Shown: in pieces, positions 36,866 to 47,771 of the stretch
Layout of the letters: every line of letters starts with the position of its first letter
How positions within the stretch are numbered: the first letter of the stretch is position 1
Source: a virus
Taxonomy: Duplodnaviria > Caudoviricetes
Length of the DNA: 64,000 bases
IMG/VR virus record: IMGVR_UViG_3300042090_001530
Span: 64,001-128,000 of that record
Direction: 5' to 3' (one strand)
Program-made: the position numbers and the translations under genes
The notes under the pieces: model-generated
Database searches by the model: none
The model's input: the letters and a program-made list of their open reading frames with translations, nothing else
Told to the model about the DNA's origin: nothing

Positions 36866-37282
36866 TTAAACGGGCCTGTTCTGCTGCTCGATGTACTGGC
36901 GCAGCACACTGATCGGCGCACCGCCGACGGACCCGGCGAAGTACGAGCCGGACCACAGCCGCTGCGCCCGCCAGTAGTGCCGAACGAGGTCGGGAAACTC
37001 CTGGCGCATCCGCCGCGAGGAGACGCCCTTGAGCGAGTTCACGAGTTTGGAGATCGCGACCTTCGGCGGGAAGTCGACCAGCAGGTGGACGTGGTTGTCC
37101 TCGCCGTTGAACTCGACCAGTTCGCACTCGAAGTCGGCGCACACGTCCCGCATGATCTCCTCCATGCGCCGCAGGTGCCGGTCCTGGAACACGGAATGCC
37201 GATACTTGGTCACGAAAACCAAGTGTGCGTGCAGCGCGAAAACACAGTGCCTGCCAGTGCGGATCTCGTCATACGAAGCCAT
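36866..37282 (-). CDS. tnpA: IS200-type Y1 HUH transposase
   Basis: HLVFVTKYR, DNHVHLL (HUH), LWSGSYF, YIEQQ. Confidence 0.95.
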   Translation of the reverse strand: MASYDEIRTGRHCVFALHAHLVFVTKYRHSVFQDRHLRRMEEIMRDVCADFECELVEFNGEDNHVHLLVDFPPKVAISKLVNSLKGVSSRRMRQEFPDLVRHYWRAQRLWSGSYFAGSVGGAPISVLRQYIEQQNRPV

Positions 37283-37303
37283 GAAACCAAGTATGATGGA
37301 AGA

Positions 37304-38536
37304 GTGCAGCTTCGGTACAACTTCCGCCTCGACCCGACACCCGGTCAGCGCATCGCGCTCGCCAAGGCATTCGGGTGCGCGCGGGTCGTATGGAACGACG
37401 CGCTCGCGCTGCGCAGGACCGCGCACGAGGCCGGGCAGCCCTGGCCGAAGACCGGCGATCTGTCCAAGACGCTGATCACCGAAGCGAAGCGCACCCCGGA
37501 GCGCGCATGGCTCGCAGACGCGCCGACCGGGGTTCTTCAGCAGTCGCTGCGCGACTTGGATGCGGCGTACCGGAGCTTCTTCGACTCGCTGTCCGGCAAG
37601 CGCAAGGGCCCGAAGGTCCGCGAGCCTAGGTTCAAGTCCCGCAAGGACAGTCGGCAGGCCGTCAGGTACACGGTCTCGGACCGGTTCGCGGTGCGGCCGA
37701 ATGGACGCCTGCGCCTGCCGAAGGTCGGCGAGGTGGCGGTGCGCTGGTCGCGCGAGTTGCCGTCCGTCCCTTCGTCCGTGACGATCATCAGGGATCCGTC
37801 GGGTCGCTACTTCGCGAGTTTCGTCATTGTCACCGACGAGGCTGTGGATTTGGGGCGCTTCCCGGCCGGTGACGACTACGCCGAGACCGGCATCGATCTC
37901 GGCCTGACGCACTTCGCGGTTCTGTCGGACGGCAAGAAGGTCGATGCGCCGAGGTTCCTGCGGCGGGCGGAGAAGAAGCTCAAGAAGCTGCAGCAGTCCC
38001 TCGCGCGCAAGGAGAAGGGCTCGAACAACCGCAGGAAGGCCGCCCTCAAGGTCGCCAAGCAGCATGCTCACGTCGCGGATGCGCGCCGGGATTTCCACCA
38101 CAAGTTGTCGACGACGTTGATCCGCGAGAACCAAGCGGTGTACGTCGAAGATCTGTGCGTGGCCGGTCTCGGACGCACCCGGTTGGCGAAGTCGGTGCAC
38201 GACGCGGGCTGGTCGTCGTTCGTCGGGATGCTGGAGTACAAGGCCGCGCGATACGGGCGGCACTTCGGGAAAATCGGCCGGTTCGAGCCGTCGTCGCAGA
38301 CGTGCACCGCATGCTGGGCGATCGACGGCAAGAAGCCGCTCTCGGTCCGCGAGTGGACGTGCTCCGGCTGCGGTGCCGTGCACGACAGGGACGTGAACGC
38401 GGCAAAGTACATACTGGCCGCGGGACGCGCGGACAGGGTAAACGCCTGCGGAGACCAGGTAAGACCGGGACTAGTCCCGGCACAGGTCGACGAAGCAGGA
38501 ACCCGCCGAAGCGAGCTCGCCGGGGCGACCCGGTGA
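37304..38536 (+). CDS. tnpB: TnpB RNA-guided endonuclease
   Basis: LRYNFRLDP; RuvC GIDLG / YVEDL / HDRDVNAA; zinc finger. Confidence 0.95.
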   Translation: MQLRYNFRLDPTPGQRIALAKAFGCARVVWNDALALRRTAHEAGQPWPKTGDLSKTLITEAKRTPERAWLADAPTGVLQQSLRDLDAAYRSFFDSLSGKRKGPKVREPRFKSRKDSRQAVRYTVSDRFAVRPNGRLRLPKVGEVAVRWSRELPSVPSSVTIIRDPSGRYFASFVIVTDEAVDLGRFPAGDDYAETGIDLGLTHFAVLSDGKKVDAPRFLRRAEKKLKKLQQSLARKEKGSNNRRKAALKVAKQHAHVADARRDFHHKLSTTLIRENQAVYVEDLCVAGLGRTRLAKSVHDAGWSSFVGMLEYKAARYGRHFGKIGRFEPSSQTCTACWAIDGKKPLSVREWTCSGCGAVHDRDVNAAKYILAAGRADRVNACGDQVRPGLVPAQVDEAGTRRSELAGATR

Positions 38537-39236
38537 GCCGCAGCAGGAATCTCCCGCCTTCAGGCAGGAGAGGACGTCAAAAGCCTGCGGCCCCCGAGGC
38601 GCCGTGCCCGAACCAGGCCGCGCACACCGGCGATCCCCTCGGCTACGGCGGCGTGGTCCGCATGTCCCGAACCCACGAGCAGCACCAGTGCCCCGGCTGC
38701 GGGATCTGGGTGATCTGGACGCCCCTGCCGGCCGGGTCGCTCGTTGCCTGTTGGCATTGCAGTGAACGCAACGTCGACCCGGCCGTGCTCGGCGAGGACG
38801 ACGGCATCCCCGACGAGCCGCTGTGCGCGGGATGCCGCGCTGCCGTAGCCGCGAAGATTGAGGCCGACCGACGCGCGGCTACCGAGAGACGGCAGCGTTC
38901 CTCGGAGGCGGCGGGCCGCCGCAACTCGAAACCCGCGCCCGATCCCGGACTCGAGCTCGCGCGCGAAGTGGAACGCGCCCTCGTCGCGGCCGACCTCGTC
39001 CCCTCATTCCCGTACTGGACTGACGGGCGCGAGCAGCGCACCCCCGGCTGGATCATCTACATCCTCGACGGCGAGACGGTGCGCGTGCGCTGGCATGCGG
39101 AGCACAACCGTGCCTACCGGATGCGGAAACTCGGCATGTCGGCTGGCGTGCTCGAAGCCGCGGGTCTGCTCGTGGCGCGCCTCGACGACGAAGACGAGAG
39201 CCCGGCGCGGCTCGTCGTCAGCCGGAGGCGGACGCG

Positions 39237-39623
39237 ATGAGCCGACTGACACCCGAAGATCGCCCCGCCGACACGCCGCCCGCACTCGGCGCCCTGCCGC
39301 GACTCGCCAAAGCCCAACGCGAGGCTCGGGGCCTGTCGCTCCGACCCGCAGCCGAGGAGATCGGCATGTCGGCTAACTCGCTTAGCCGGTTCGAACGCGG
39401 CGAACTGCCCGACGTCACCGCGCTACTCGCGATCCTCCGCTGGCTCGGGTTCCCGCTCGAATGGCTCGACGACGATCCGGGCTACGTCCCGGTCGGCGAG
39501 CGTTGGGCCTATTGGCGGGCGTGGCACGACTGTGCCGAAGCCCACCGCGCGGCCGTGAACCGGCTCGCCCCGGCCGTGCCGACCCGGGCCAACGCCGAGC
39601 AGCCGCGGGAGGTCATCTCGTGA
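39237..39623 (+). CDS. XRE-family HTH protein
   Basis: REARGLSLRPAAEEIGMSANSLSRFERG. Confidence 0.85.
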   Translation: MSRLTPEDRPADTPPALGALPRLAKAQREARGLSLRPAAEEIGMSANSLSRFERGELPDVTALLAILRWLGFPLEWLDDDPGYVPVGERWAYWRAWHDCAEAHRAAVNRLAPAVPTRANAEQPREVIS

Positions 39624-39750
39624 GCCGCCGCCGCGCCTCGCTCGGCCTGCGCTGCCTGCAAGGCATCGCCGCGCCCGCCGCGCTGGTCGCTGTCGCGTTC
39701 GCGGTCGACGGCGGGTGGCATTTGCTTGAGTGGCTGGTGGCGCGGTGAGG

Positions 39751-40101
39751 CTAAGCCCGTCTGCTGGCCATGTACCCGCGCCACCCATTCGTGTGGCCGA
39801 CGGCAATCAGCGGGAGGTCCTTCCGGATCTTGATGACGCCATCCTCACCCGTGACCTGGATGTTGTAGAGCGGGCTTTCGTCGCGTATCGCAACTGCTTC
39901 GGCGCCCAGCGCCAGCGCGCGGTTGTCGAACCATTCCTCAGTGGTGCGAGACACCTCCGCCCACCACTTCTTGAACTGCTGGTGGAACTTCATTCGTTCG
40001 GCCGGGTTCCTGGCGACGCCGACGTAGAGGAGTGCACCCTTGGAGTTGTAGAGGCGGTAGACGGCGGTCCGGGCCGCGTGTGTTGCAGCGGTGGTTGCCA
40101 C
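39751..40101 (-). CDS. GIY-YIG nuclease-domain protein
   Basis: TAVYRLY....LLYVGVA.NP..RM..H..K.WW..E..AI..E.PLYN. Confidence 0.8.
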   Translation of the reverse strand: MATTAATHAARTAVYRLYNSKGALLYVGVARNPAERMKFHQQFKKWWAEVSRTTEEWFDNRALALGAEAVAIRDESPLYNIQVTGEDGVIKIRKDLPLIAVGHTNGWRGYMASRRA

Positions 40102-40104
40102 AGG

Positions 40105-40335
40105 TCAGTCCTCGATCCCGCGTCGCTTCTTTTCCGCCGCGATGAGCTTGGCCACCCATTCGCGGGTAAAGCCCGTGACCCGCGCGATTTCGGACGGCCC
40201 CGAGCCTTGCTCGTCGGCGTCGAAGATCAGCGAGTTGAGGTCGCCGCGCGCCCTCTCGTACTCGGCCTTCTTGCGCTTGAAGAATGCGGCGCTGGTCTTC
40301 ATGCGTGCTGCGAGGTCATCTTCCACGTTCGTCAT
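40105..40335 (-). CDS. Small HTH regulator
   Basis: GPSEIARVTGFTREWVAKL. Confidence 0.8.
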   Translation of the reverse strand: MTNVEDDLAARMKTSAAFFKRKKAEYERARGDLNSLIFDADEQGSGPSEIARVTGFTREWVAKLIAAEKKRRGIED

Positions 40336-40365
40336 GATCGCACCTCCCGTTCGCGTCTGCTAGTA

Positions 40366-40430
40366 GCGACTAGCCTGTGCGAACAGCATATGCGAATAGT
40401 ATTGACAGGAACAGGGGTCGCGAATAGTGT
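40366..40430 (+). promoter_or_regulatory. Near-consensus housekeeping-sigma promoter overlapped by GCGA(A/C)(T/C)AG repeats
   Basis: TTGACA 40402-40407, 17-bp spacer, TAGTGT 40425-40430; repeats at 40366, 40379, 40392 and 40420. Confidence 0.75.
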
Positions 40431-40470
40431 TCTCAGTGCAGGCAGTACCGCTGAGACCGAGGAGCCGAAG

Positions 40471-40860
40471 ATGACCATCCACACCCCCGCCACCGCCGCC
40501 TACACCCCGACCAGCCGGCGCGCCAACCGGGCCCGGATCGGCTCCTCCAAGTCCGTGAGCCGCCGCCACGCCGTGCTGACCGCGTACGTCAACCGGCACA
40601 ACGTGGGCATCGTCACCGCGGGCCAGTACCTCAAGGCCATCACAGGCGACGACGAGTTCGCCGCCGCGTACGACTCCCCGTTCGGCAAGGCGATCAAGAA
40701 GGCGTACAAGGCGCTCCACGGCGAGGACCCCGCGAAGATCCGCCTGGTCACCGAGCACCGCCGCCTGCACCGCGCGATCGGCTACCTCCTCGGTGAGCCC
40801 GCGCTTCAGATCGCAATCCGCACCTACCCCCGCACCGCCGCCCTGATCGGAGCCTCCTGA
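40471..40860 (+). CDS. Hypothetical phage protein
   Basis: First ORF after the promoter; RBS GAGGAG. Confidence 0.6.
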   Translation: MTIHTPATAAYTPTSRRANRARIGSSKSVSRRHAVLTAYVNRHNVGIVTAGQYLKAITGDDEFAAAYDSPFGKAIKKAYKALHGEDPAKIRLVTEHRRLHRAIGYLLGEPALQIAIRTYPRTAALIGAS

Positions 40861-40864
40861 GACC

Positions 40865-41326
40865 ATGGCCAACGCCACCGTGCCCGCGTCCGTGAAGGAC
40901 ACCGCCGCCGCGATCCGCGCCGACCTGAAGGCCGCATTCCCGGGCGTGAAGTTCTCCGTCCGCAAGGGCGCAGGCACTGCCGCATCGTGGATCGACATCT
41001 CCTGGACGGACGGCCCGAACGACGACATGGTCCGCAACATCTGCGACCCGTACACCGCCGGGTTCGATTCCCCGGTCGAGGGCGTGTGCCGCGAGCGCAC
41101 CATCTCCTTCCCGGTGCGGGTCGCCGCGCAGGACCGGATCCGCGAGGTGCTGCCCGACTTCCAGGTGTACGACGCCGACGAGCACTGGGCGCCGTCGGAT
41201 GGCAATCGGGTTGAGGTTTTCCACCTGGAGGGGTGGGGGTTCGGTGGCGGAAGCGCGTACAGCGCGCTGATCGAGGTCGCCGACCTGCTGATCCTCAACC
41301 CGCGCCCGATCGGAGCCCGGCCGTGA
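40865..41326 (+). CDS. LPD29-domain protein
   Basis: TAAAIRADLKAAFPGVKFSVR...IDISWTDGP. Confidence 0.7.
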   Translation: MANATVPASVKDTAAAIRADLKAAFPGVKFSVRKGAGTAASWIDISWTDGPNDDMVRNICDPYTAGFDSPVEGVCRERTISFPVRVAAQDRIREVLPDFQVYDADEHWAPSDGNRVEVFHLEGWGFGGGSAYSALIEVADLLILNPRPIGARP

Positions 41327-44300
41327 CCGGCATCACTCGCACGGTCGTCGAGGCCGCGCTGGACTCGTCCTCGGCCTTCGGCTGGGTGCCGGAGGGTGCG
41401 AAGCGCGACCGCAGGTTCGTGGTCACCAAGGACTCCGTCCCGTTCGGCAGGGCAATCCGCGTCATCGGCGTCGGGGTGACCGCCTACGACTTCGACGGCG
41501 CCCAGGTCGGGCCGATCGTCGGCTCGCTCTACCAGGCTGGCCAAGCCCTTGAGGCCGAGCTTCGCGGCAGGTGGGCCGCAGGGCAGGCCGACGAGATCAC
41601 CACGCAGATCGCGGCGCTCGCCGCAGGGATCGAGGACTGAGATGAACGCCCGAAGCGTGGCCGTCCGCAAGCGCATCGAGATCTTCTGTGAGATGTCCAC
41701 GCTCGCCGGCCTTATGAGCGGGCTCCGTCGCGAGTACGGCAGCAACTCCCCGCAACTTCAGGACGCGGCCCGGGAGATGAACCACCTTCGCGGCGAACTC
41801 TGCCGCGCGCAGGGCGTAGCCGAGCGGGACATCAGCGCGGACGGCTACGACATCTCGCAGCGCTCCTACGAGCGCGTGCGCGACCGCTGGATCGAGGAGC
41901 TCTCCGCGCCGTGGGCCACCGGCTGGTACTTGAACGCGGCCCGCAAGGCTCACGCCCGGTGGGTCGAGTTGCGCCCCGACCTTGCTAAGGACGACTGGTT
42001 CGCCGGTGCCGCGAACCTCGACCTGGATTCGGAGGCCTGACGATGCCCAATCCCGACTACACGATCTCCCCGTACGGCCGGGCTACGCGCCCGGCGCCCG
42101 CCGCCGCCTCGCAGAAGTGGCTGCTGACGGCCGTCGGCGAGTCGATGACCCACACGGGCCCGTTCCACGAGGCCGCGGAACTCGCCGAGCGCTCGTGGAT
42201 CGCCGCGAACGGCACCGATGAGGGCGCACTCGTGTGGTCCCGCGAACCGGACGGCTCGTGGTCGCTGCTGCACCAGCAGGATGACGGGGGCTTGATGCCC
42301 ACCCAGATCAAGGTGCGGGCCTTCGCCGCCAAGGACAGCGCTGCCCCTCCCGCTGACGCGCCGCTCGCGGTGATGCTCGACGAGGTGCACCGCATCGCGG
42401 TCGCGCGGCTCATGCCGGGCCAGATCCTTACCGTGACCGCGCCGCCGTGCACTGCCGACGTGACTGGCAAGCCCGGCTACGGGTGGACGCTGATCAGTTT
42501 TGACGATTTCGGCGTGCGTCCCCGGTTCACTCACGGACGCGAGTTCCTTGCCGCCACCCATGCCGGGACCGGTGACCTGTACCGGGCGATCGAAGACAGC
42601 ACGCTCGCGATCGAGGCCGGGGAGGCGCAGGTCGCCAGGGTCGTGTTCGAGCCGCGCGGCACGAAGCGCAAGCCGATCTGGCACGCGACCGGGCACGAGC
42701 TCATCAACCAGAACGTGGAGGCGTGACCGTGGCTAAAGCCGACTACTCCATCTCCCCGCACGGCCGGGCGGTCTGCCCGGTGTGCGGCGGCGAGTACAGC
42801 CTGACGAAGAAGGGTGTGCTGCGGCATCACGACGATAAGCGGTCGCGTACGAACCTGCCGTTCCACCCGCGCTGCGCTGGAGCTGGCAAAGCGCCCGGGC
42901 ATGCGTCCGTGGCCCCCGCTTCGGCTCCAGTCGCTGCAGTTGCCGCGTCGCCGATCGAGGAGCGTCGCCGCCGTTTGACGGCGGACATCTCGGACGCGCG
43001 TACGGCCCTGAACCGTGCGCAGCAGCACTTCGACAAGCTCTGCGACGAACTCGGGGCGCTTGCCCGCGAAGAGCGCCAGGCCAAGCGATGACCACCTATC
43101 GCTGCACCCTCGACGGCGTCCGCCACCCAATGGCGATCGCGCACCTGCTGCCCGGGGACGTCCTGGTCGCGGAGTGTCCGCAGGGCACGATGACCATGGA
43201 GTCCGACCCGTCCGGCGACTTCGGCTGGGTCACGGTGTACTGCGACGACCCGTGTCCGCGCACTGGTCGCTACTTCAACGCGCTGCGGCTCGCGCAGAAC
43301 ACGCCGCTGCGGATGCGCCGCGTCATCACCCTGGCCACGCGCGCTCTCCGTGACGGGGGCGCTGCGGTCATCGAGTACGGCGAGCTGCAGACCTATCCCG
43401 AGCGGACCGAGCCGGGGCCGATCGCGTTCCGGCTCGTCGAGATCCACGAAACGAAGGAGGCATGACCGTGGCCGGCTGGAAGATCCGCAAGAACGACTGG
43501 TACATCCTCGACCCGCGCGAAGCCGACGATGGCGGCGAGGGCATCCTGCGCCAGGAGACCTCGATCCGGCGCGCCGAGGCGTGGATGGCCGGGCTGCACG
43601 GGCTGACGCTCACCAGGAAGGAGAAGACCGGGGGACGCGAGTACGCGTACACGTACGGGCCCGGCGGGGACGGCACGACCGACACGTTCCAGGTCGTGCT
43701 CGGCGCCTGGCTCCGGGACCTCATGTACTGGCGCCGCGAACTGCGGGTGCGCGCGAAGTACCCGTACGCGTGGCACGGCGGCGCGTACAAGACGGACCGG
43801 TTCATCAACCGCGAGCCCCTGCTGCGCGACTCCGTTGGCGAGATCGTGCTCCGCGCGCAGCTCGAAGCGCTCGCGCCCGAACAGAGCGAGAACTGAGGAG
43901 GTTGACCGTGGACGCGCTCGGAACAGATGCGCCGAAGTATGCGGGCACCGACGACGAACTGGACGCGCTCGTAGAGGAAGCCTGGATCAGCGGTTCGCCG
44001 TCTGGCGTGCTCGACCTGAGCCAGGTGTTCGCCTGGCGTGACGCCGCTGTGGCCCGGTTCCTCGCAGAGGCTGGCGCGGTCCACCCGGCCGTGCACACGC
44101 CAGCCCGCGTCATGCAGTGGCTGGAGCAGCACGGCTGGGAACGCTACAACGTCTCCGACATCGCGGTCGCATGGCGGCACCAGTTGAGCAACGGCTCCTT
44201 CATGAACGTCTACATGCCGACGAACCCTGACGCGATCGACTACGCCCGGCGCGTCCACAACGTGCTGCAGGACGGCACCTTGTACGACGGCACGCCGCTG

Positions 44301-44629
44301 TCGCAAGTGCTGGCCGAGGTGGCCGTGCTGCCTGACGAGTGGGCGTGGTGACGATGCCGAAGCTGACACCCAAACAGGCCAAGGTCCTTAAGGCCGCCAG
44401 CGAGCGGCGCGTGTTCCAGCCGCTCGGCCGCAGCGCGCTGAACGTGTACGCGTGGCGAATCGACGGCGGCGAGGCCGTGACATCGACGGTCGCGAGCTTG
44501 CTACGCCAGCGGCTCGTGCGGTTCCACATCACATCCGCGCCGCTCGGGCAGCGGGCCGTGCTTACCGACGCGGGCCGTGCCCTGCTCGACACCCTCACCA
44601 ACTACCCGAATGGAAACAACCATGTCTGA
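41323..44629 (+). other. Run of small hypothetical genes (41323-41640, 41642-42040, 42043-42726, 42723-43091, 43088-43465, 43462-43896, 43908-44351, 44348-44629)
   Basis: Tightly packed/coupled ORFs; no confident family. Confidence 0.55.
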
Positions 44630-44876
44630 CTGGCGACACCGCGCGGCTTGCCGCGACGAAGACCCGGAGCTGTTCTTCCCGATCGGGAATACGGGTCCTG
44701 CTTTACTCCAGATCGAGGACGCGAAGGCCGTGTGCCGACGCTGCGACTCGGTTGACGCTTGCCTTACCTGGGCCCTGGAGTCCGGCCAAGACGCAGGGGT
44801 ATGGGGAATGACCTCGGAGGATGAGCGCCGCGCTATCAAGCGCCGTGCTGCTCGGGCACGTTCGAGGATGGCGTAA
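44622..44876 (+). CDS. WhiB-family transcription factor (WhiB1/WblE-like)
   Basis: WRHRAACRDEDPELFFPIG...AKAVCRRC....CL.WAL....GVWG. Confidence 0.95.
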   Translation: MSDWRHRAACRDEDPELFFPIGNTGPALLQIEDAKAVCRRCDSVDACLTWALESGQDAGVWGMTSEDERRAIKRRAARARSRMA

Positions 44877-46840
44877 TGGTGGCCCCGACTCTCTGCCGCC
44901 CGTCCGCGATCAACGTGCGCAAGATCCTGGACTGCCCGACGTGCAGGCGGCGGCGTCGGTTCGCCGGGTTCGATACGCCGCCTTGGTACGGGATCACGCT
45001 GACGTGCTGTGCGTGCGGCGACACGTGGACCGACGGAGAGCGTGCCGAGCGTCCGTTCGCGCGGGGCTGGCGCGTGAAGTCCGCCAAGAAGGCGAAGGCC
45101 ACGTGGGCAGCGGCTGTCCGCTACGGCTCGCCCGAGCACCGGGCGTTCGTGCACGCGCAGATCGCCGCCTCCACTAACCCGAAGGAGAACTGACGATGGA
45201 CCGCGCTGCCCCTGAGGCTGTGCAGAACACGGATGCGGCGCGACTTCTGCGAGCCGCCCGCGAGCAACTCGACCGCATTGCCGTGAACGTCAACACTGAC
45301 TCGCTGGCTACCAATCCGACTGTGGCCCGGATGTCGTTCGTTCTGGAGTTCCTTTACGAAGCAGTTCTCGAACTTGCGCCGAAGGCGGCCTGAGATGCCC
45401 GAGGCGATGACCGAGCCGGTCCTGATAGATCCGCTGGTTGCGCGGCTCATGGAAGCGTCGCTGGCGCAGACCCATGCGGTGACCAACAGTGTGATCGACG
45501 ACCTGACGTACCGCGCCAAGCGCGCCGAGACGGAACTGCAGCTCGTTCGCGACACGGTCAGCGCGCTGCTCGACGGCCCGTGGATGCCGATGCCGGACGC
45601 GATCCGTCGCGCCCTGTGGCCGGGCCGCGAGGCCGTGGACGCGATCCTCGGCGAGACGGAAGACGACTGATGGCCGACACTGCGAAGTGGGTGCGGGTCA
45701 GGCTCGCCGCCCCGAAGAACCCAGGGCCCGGGGGCCGCGCGTTGGCCGAGGGCGAACTCGTCCTACGCGCGGACCGGGTCACGGCCGGGGCCGAGCACGT
45801 CGTGTTCCACGTCGGCGATGAGGAAGTGTTCTGCCTCGACCGCCGCTACTACCGGACCCACGCGTGGTTTGTGGACCGGCCGACGTTCGCCGAGTGGCTG
45901 CGCTCGCGGCGCGCCCAATACCCGAACCAGCATCGGCCGTGGTCCGAGGACGAGGCCTGGCAGTTACGCAAGGAGATCACGGACAACGCCGCTTGGGAGC
46001 AGGTCGCCAAGTGGCATGGCCGGACGGTAGCTGCCGTCCGCCGTAAGGCCGTGGCCGTCGAGAAGTCGCTCGCCGAGCTGCCGTCGAATCGAGAGGAGGT
46101 CTAGCCATGCAGAACCCCACTACCATGCCCGAGCGCCCGTTCGACCCGAATGTCGCGGCCCGACTCCAGGCGCGCACCGACAATCGTGACCTCTGGGGTA
46201 TCGAAGCCGACGTGCGCGAACTCCTACGCCAGTTCGCCTACGCGAAGAAGTCGCGCGACGTGCTCGCCGAGGACTGCGCGGCCTGGCGCGGCAAGTACGA
46301 GGAGGAGCACGCCAAACTCGAGGCGGCGCTGGCCGCGTTCGAGCAGTTGACCGCCAAGACGGCCAGACCCAAGCCGGCGCACAAGGTCAAGCGCGAGTAC
46401 CGGTTCCCCGGGGATGCGATGACCGGGCCGCACGACGAGCCGCAACTGTGAACGCGCAGCAGCACGGCAGCGGGGCAGCGGTACGACGCGTCCATGACGG
46501 CATCGCATACGCCAGCGCCGACCCGTCCGGCCCGGACTCGCGCACCGCCCTCATCGAGGCGATCCACCATGGCAAGTTCACCGTCGCCGACCTGCACGAA
46601 GTGCTGCGGGAACTCGACGACGCGAAGAGCGCGGCCGAACTCTGGGAGGACACCGCGATGAAGCTGAAGAACCGCATCGTGGGCGACAGTATCCACACCG
46701 AGCGATGGCACGTCATCGCCGCCGAACTGCGTAACCTCACAGCGCGAGTCGAGGGTTACGAAGCCACCGGATCGCTGCGGCACGACGAGGACACGGAACC
46801 TGACTTGTCGAACGAGCCGCTGGGGGAGATCGATGTCTAA
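44876..46840 (+). other. Coupled hypothetical genes (44876-45193, 45196-45393, 45395-45670, 45670-46104, 46107-46451, 46448-46840)
   Basis: Overlapping ORFs; 45670-46104 ends in a Myb-like W..DE..L...A..H.RT..AV motif. Confidence 0.55.
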
Positions 46841-47072
46841 GCGTCCCAGCCTGCGTTCCCGCCGCCGGCGCGCCGCGGTCCTCGGTGTCCTTGCCGAACA
46901 CGGGCCGGCCCGGCTTGCCGCGATCTGTTCGCGGATCGGCTGGCACGGCTCGGTCTGGCCGACGCTCGAACGGTTGCATGCGGACGGTCTTGTGACGCGC
47001 ACGCACGTCGAACAGGACGGGACGCTGCACGTCCGCTGGGGGCTCACCAACCACGACACCGCGAAGGACTAA
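46833..47072 (+). CDS. Small winged-HTH protein
   Basis: AVLGVLAEHGP...VWPTLERLHADGLV. Confidence 0.6.
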   Translation: MSKRPSLRSRRRRAAVLGVLAEHGPARLAAICSRIGWHGSVWPTLERLHADGLVTRTHVEQDGTLHVRWGLTNHDTAKD

Positions 47073-47074
47073 CT

Positions 47075-47771
47075 GTGACCGACTTCTTCACTCCCGACAT
47101 CACCTATATCCGCAACGAGCCGTTCAAGGCGCCCGAACTCCTCGGCCTGTTCAAGTGCGTCGCCGTCACCACGCATCCGGCGAGCGGTGGCCTGCGGGCG
47201 TTCGGTTTCGAGGCCACGGCGTACCCGGGCGACAACTGGTCCTCGGCCTCGTATCGCGTCGAGGAGTGGGAGGACGGGTGGCTGGCTGCGGACCGGGTTG
47301 ACGGGCGATGGATGCCTCGAACCGGAACCTGGGGGGCACCCGATGCCTGACCTGGACCTGAATGCGCTCGCCGCGTCCCTCGCCGAGACAGCGGCCAGCA
47401 TCGAGGCGCACATTGAGCGCCGCGCCGAGGAGATCGCCGAACCGCAGGTCACGGCCGCTCAGATCGTGGCAACGAACCAGATCGAGAAGCAGCGGCGCGA
47501 ACAGCAGTCCGAGAACCAGCGGAAGGACGACCTGGTCCGGGAACTGCGGCGGCAGCTCGATGCGGCCGTTCGCTCCGTTGACCGCCTTCATGTCGAGGTC
47601 AAGGAGACCCGCGCTGCGATCCGCCGGGTCGAGGCGCTGCACGTCTGGACCAACGAGGACGGCAAGAAGTTCGTGTTCGCCGAGGAACTCTGGGCTGCGC
47701 TCGCCGAAGTGAGCAGCTATGGCCCCGCCGCGCTGCTTAAGGTCAGCCCGAAGGCGGCCACTGATGCGTAG
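47075..47771 (+). other. Two hypothetical genes (47075-47350, 47343-47771 coiled coil)
   Basis: Coupled ORFs. Confidence 0.5.

Larger units (their letters stand above)
36815..38580 (+). mobile_element. IS605-type element (divergent tnpA + tnpB), 1766 bp, TAM CCAC
   Basis: Left end GGTG-CTCCGTCC-TTCA-GGGCGGGG; guide GGTG predicts CC.C, and CCAC is at 36811-36814. Right end GAAT-CTCCCGCC-TTCA-GGCAGGAG...GTCAA. Confidence 0.9.
36791..39240 (+). pseudogene. Zinc-binding phage gene interrupted after codon 8 by an IS605 element (36791-36814 + 38581-39240)
   Basis: Removing 36815-38580 fuses VTAKRFSH to KPAAPEAPCPN... in frame. Confidence 0.75.
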
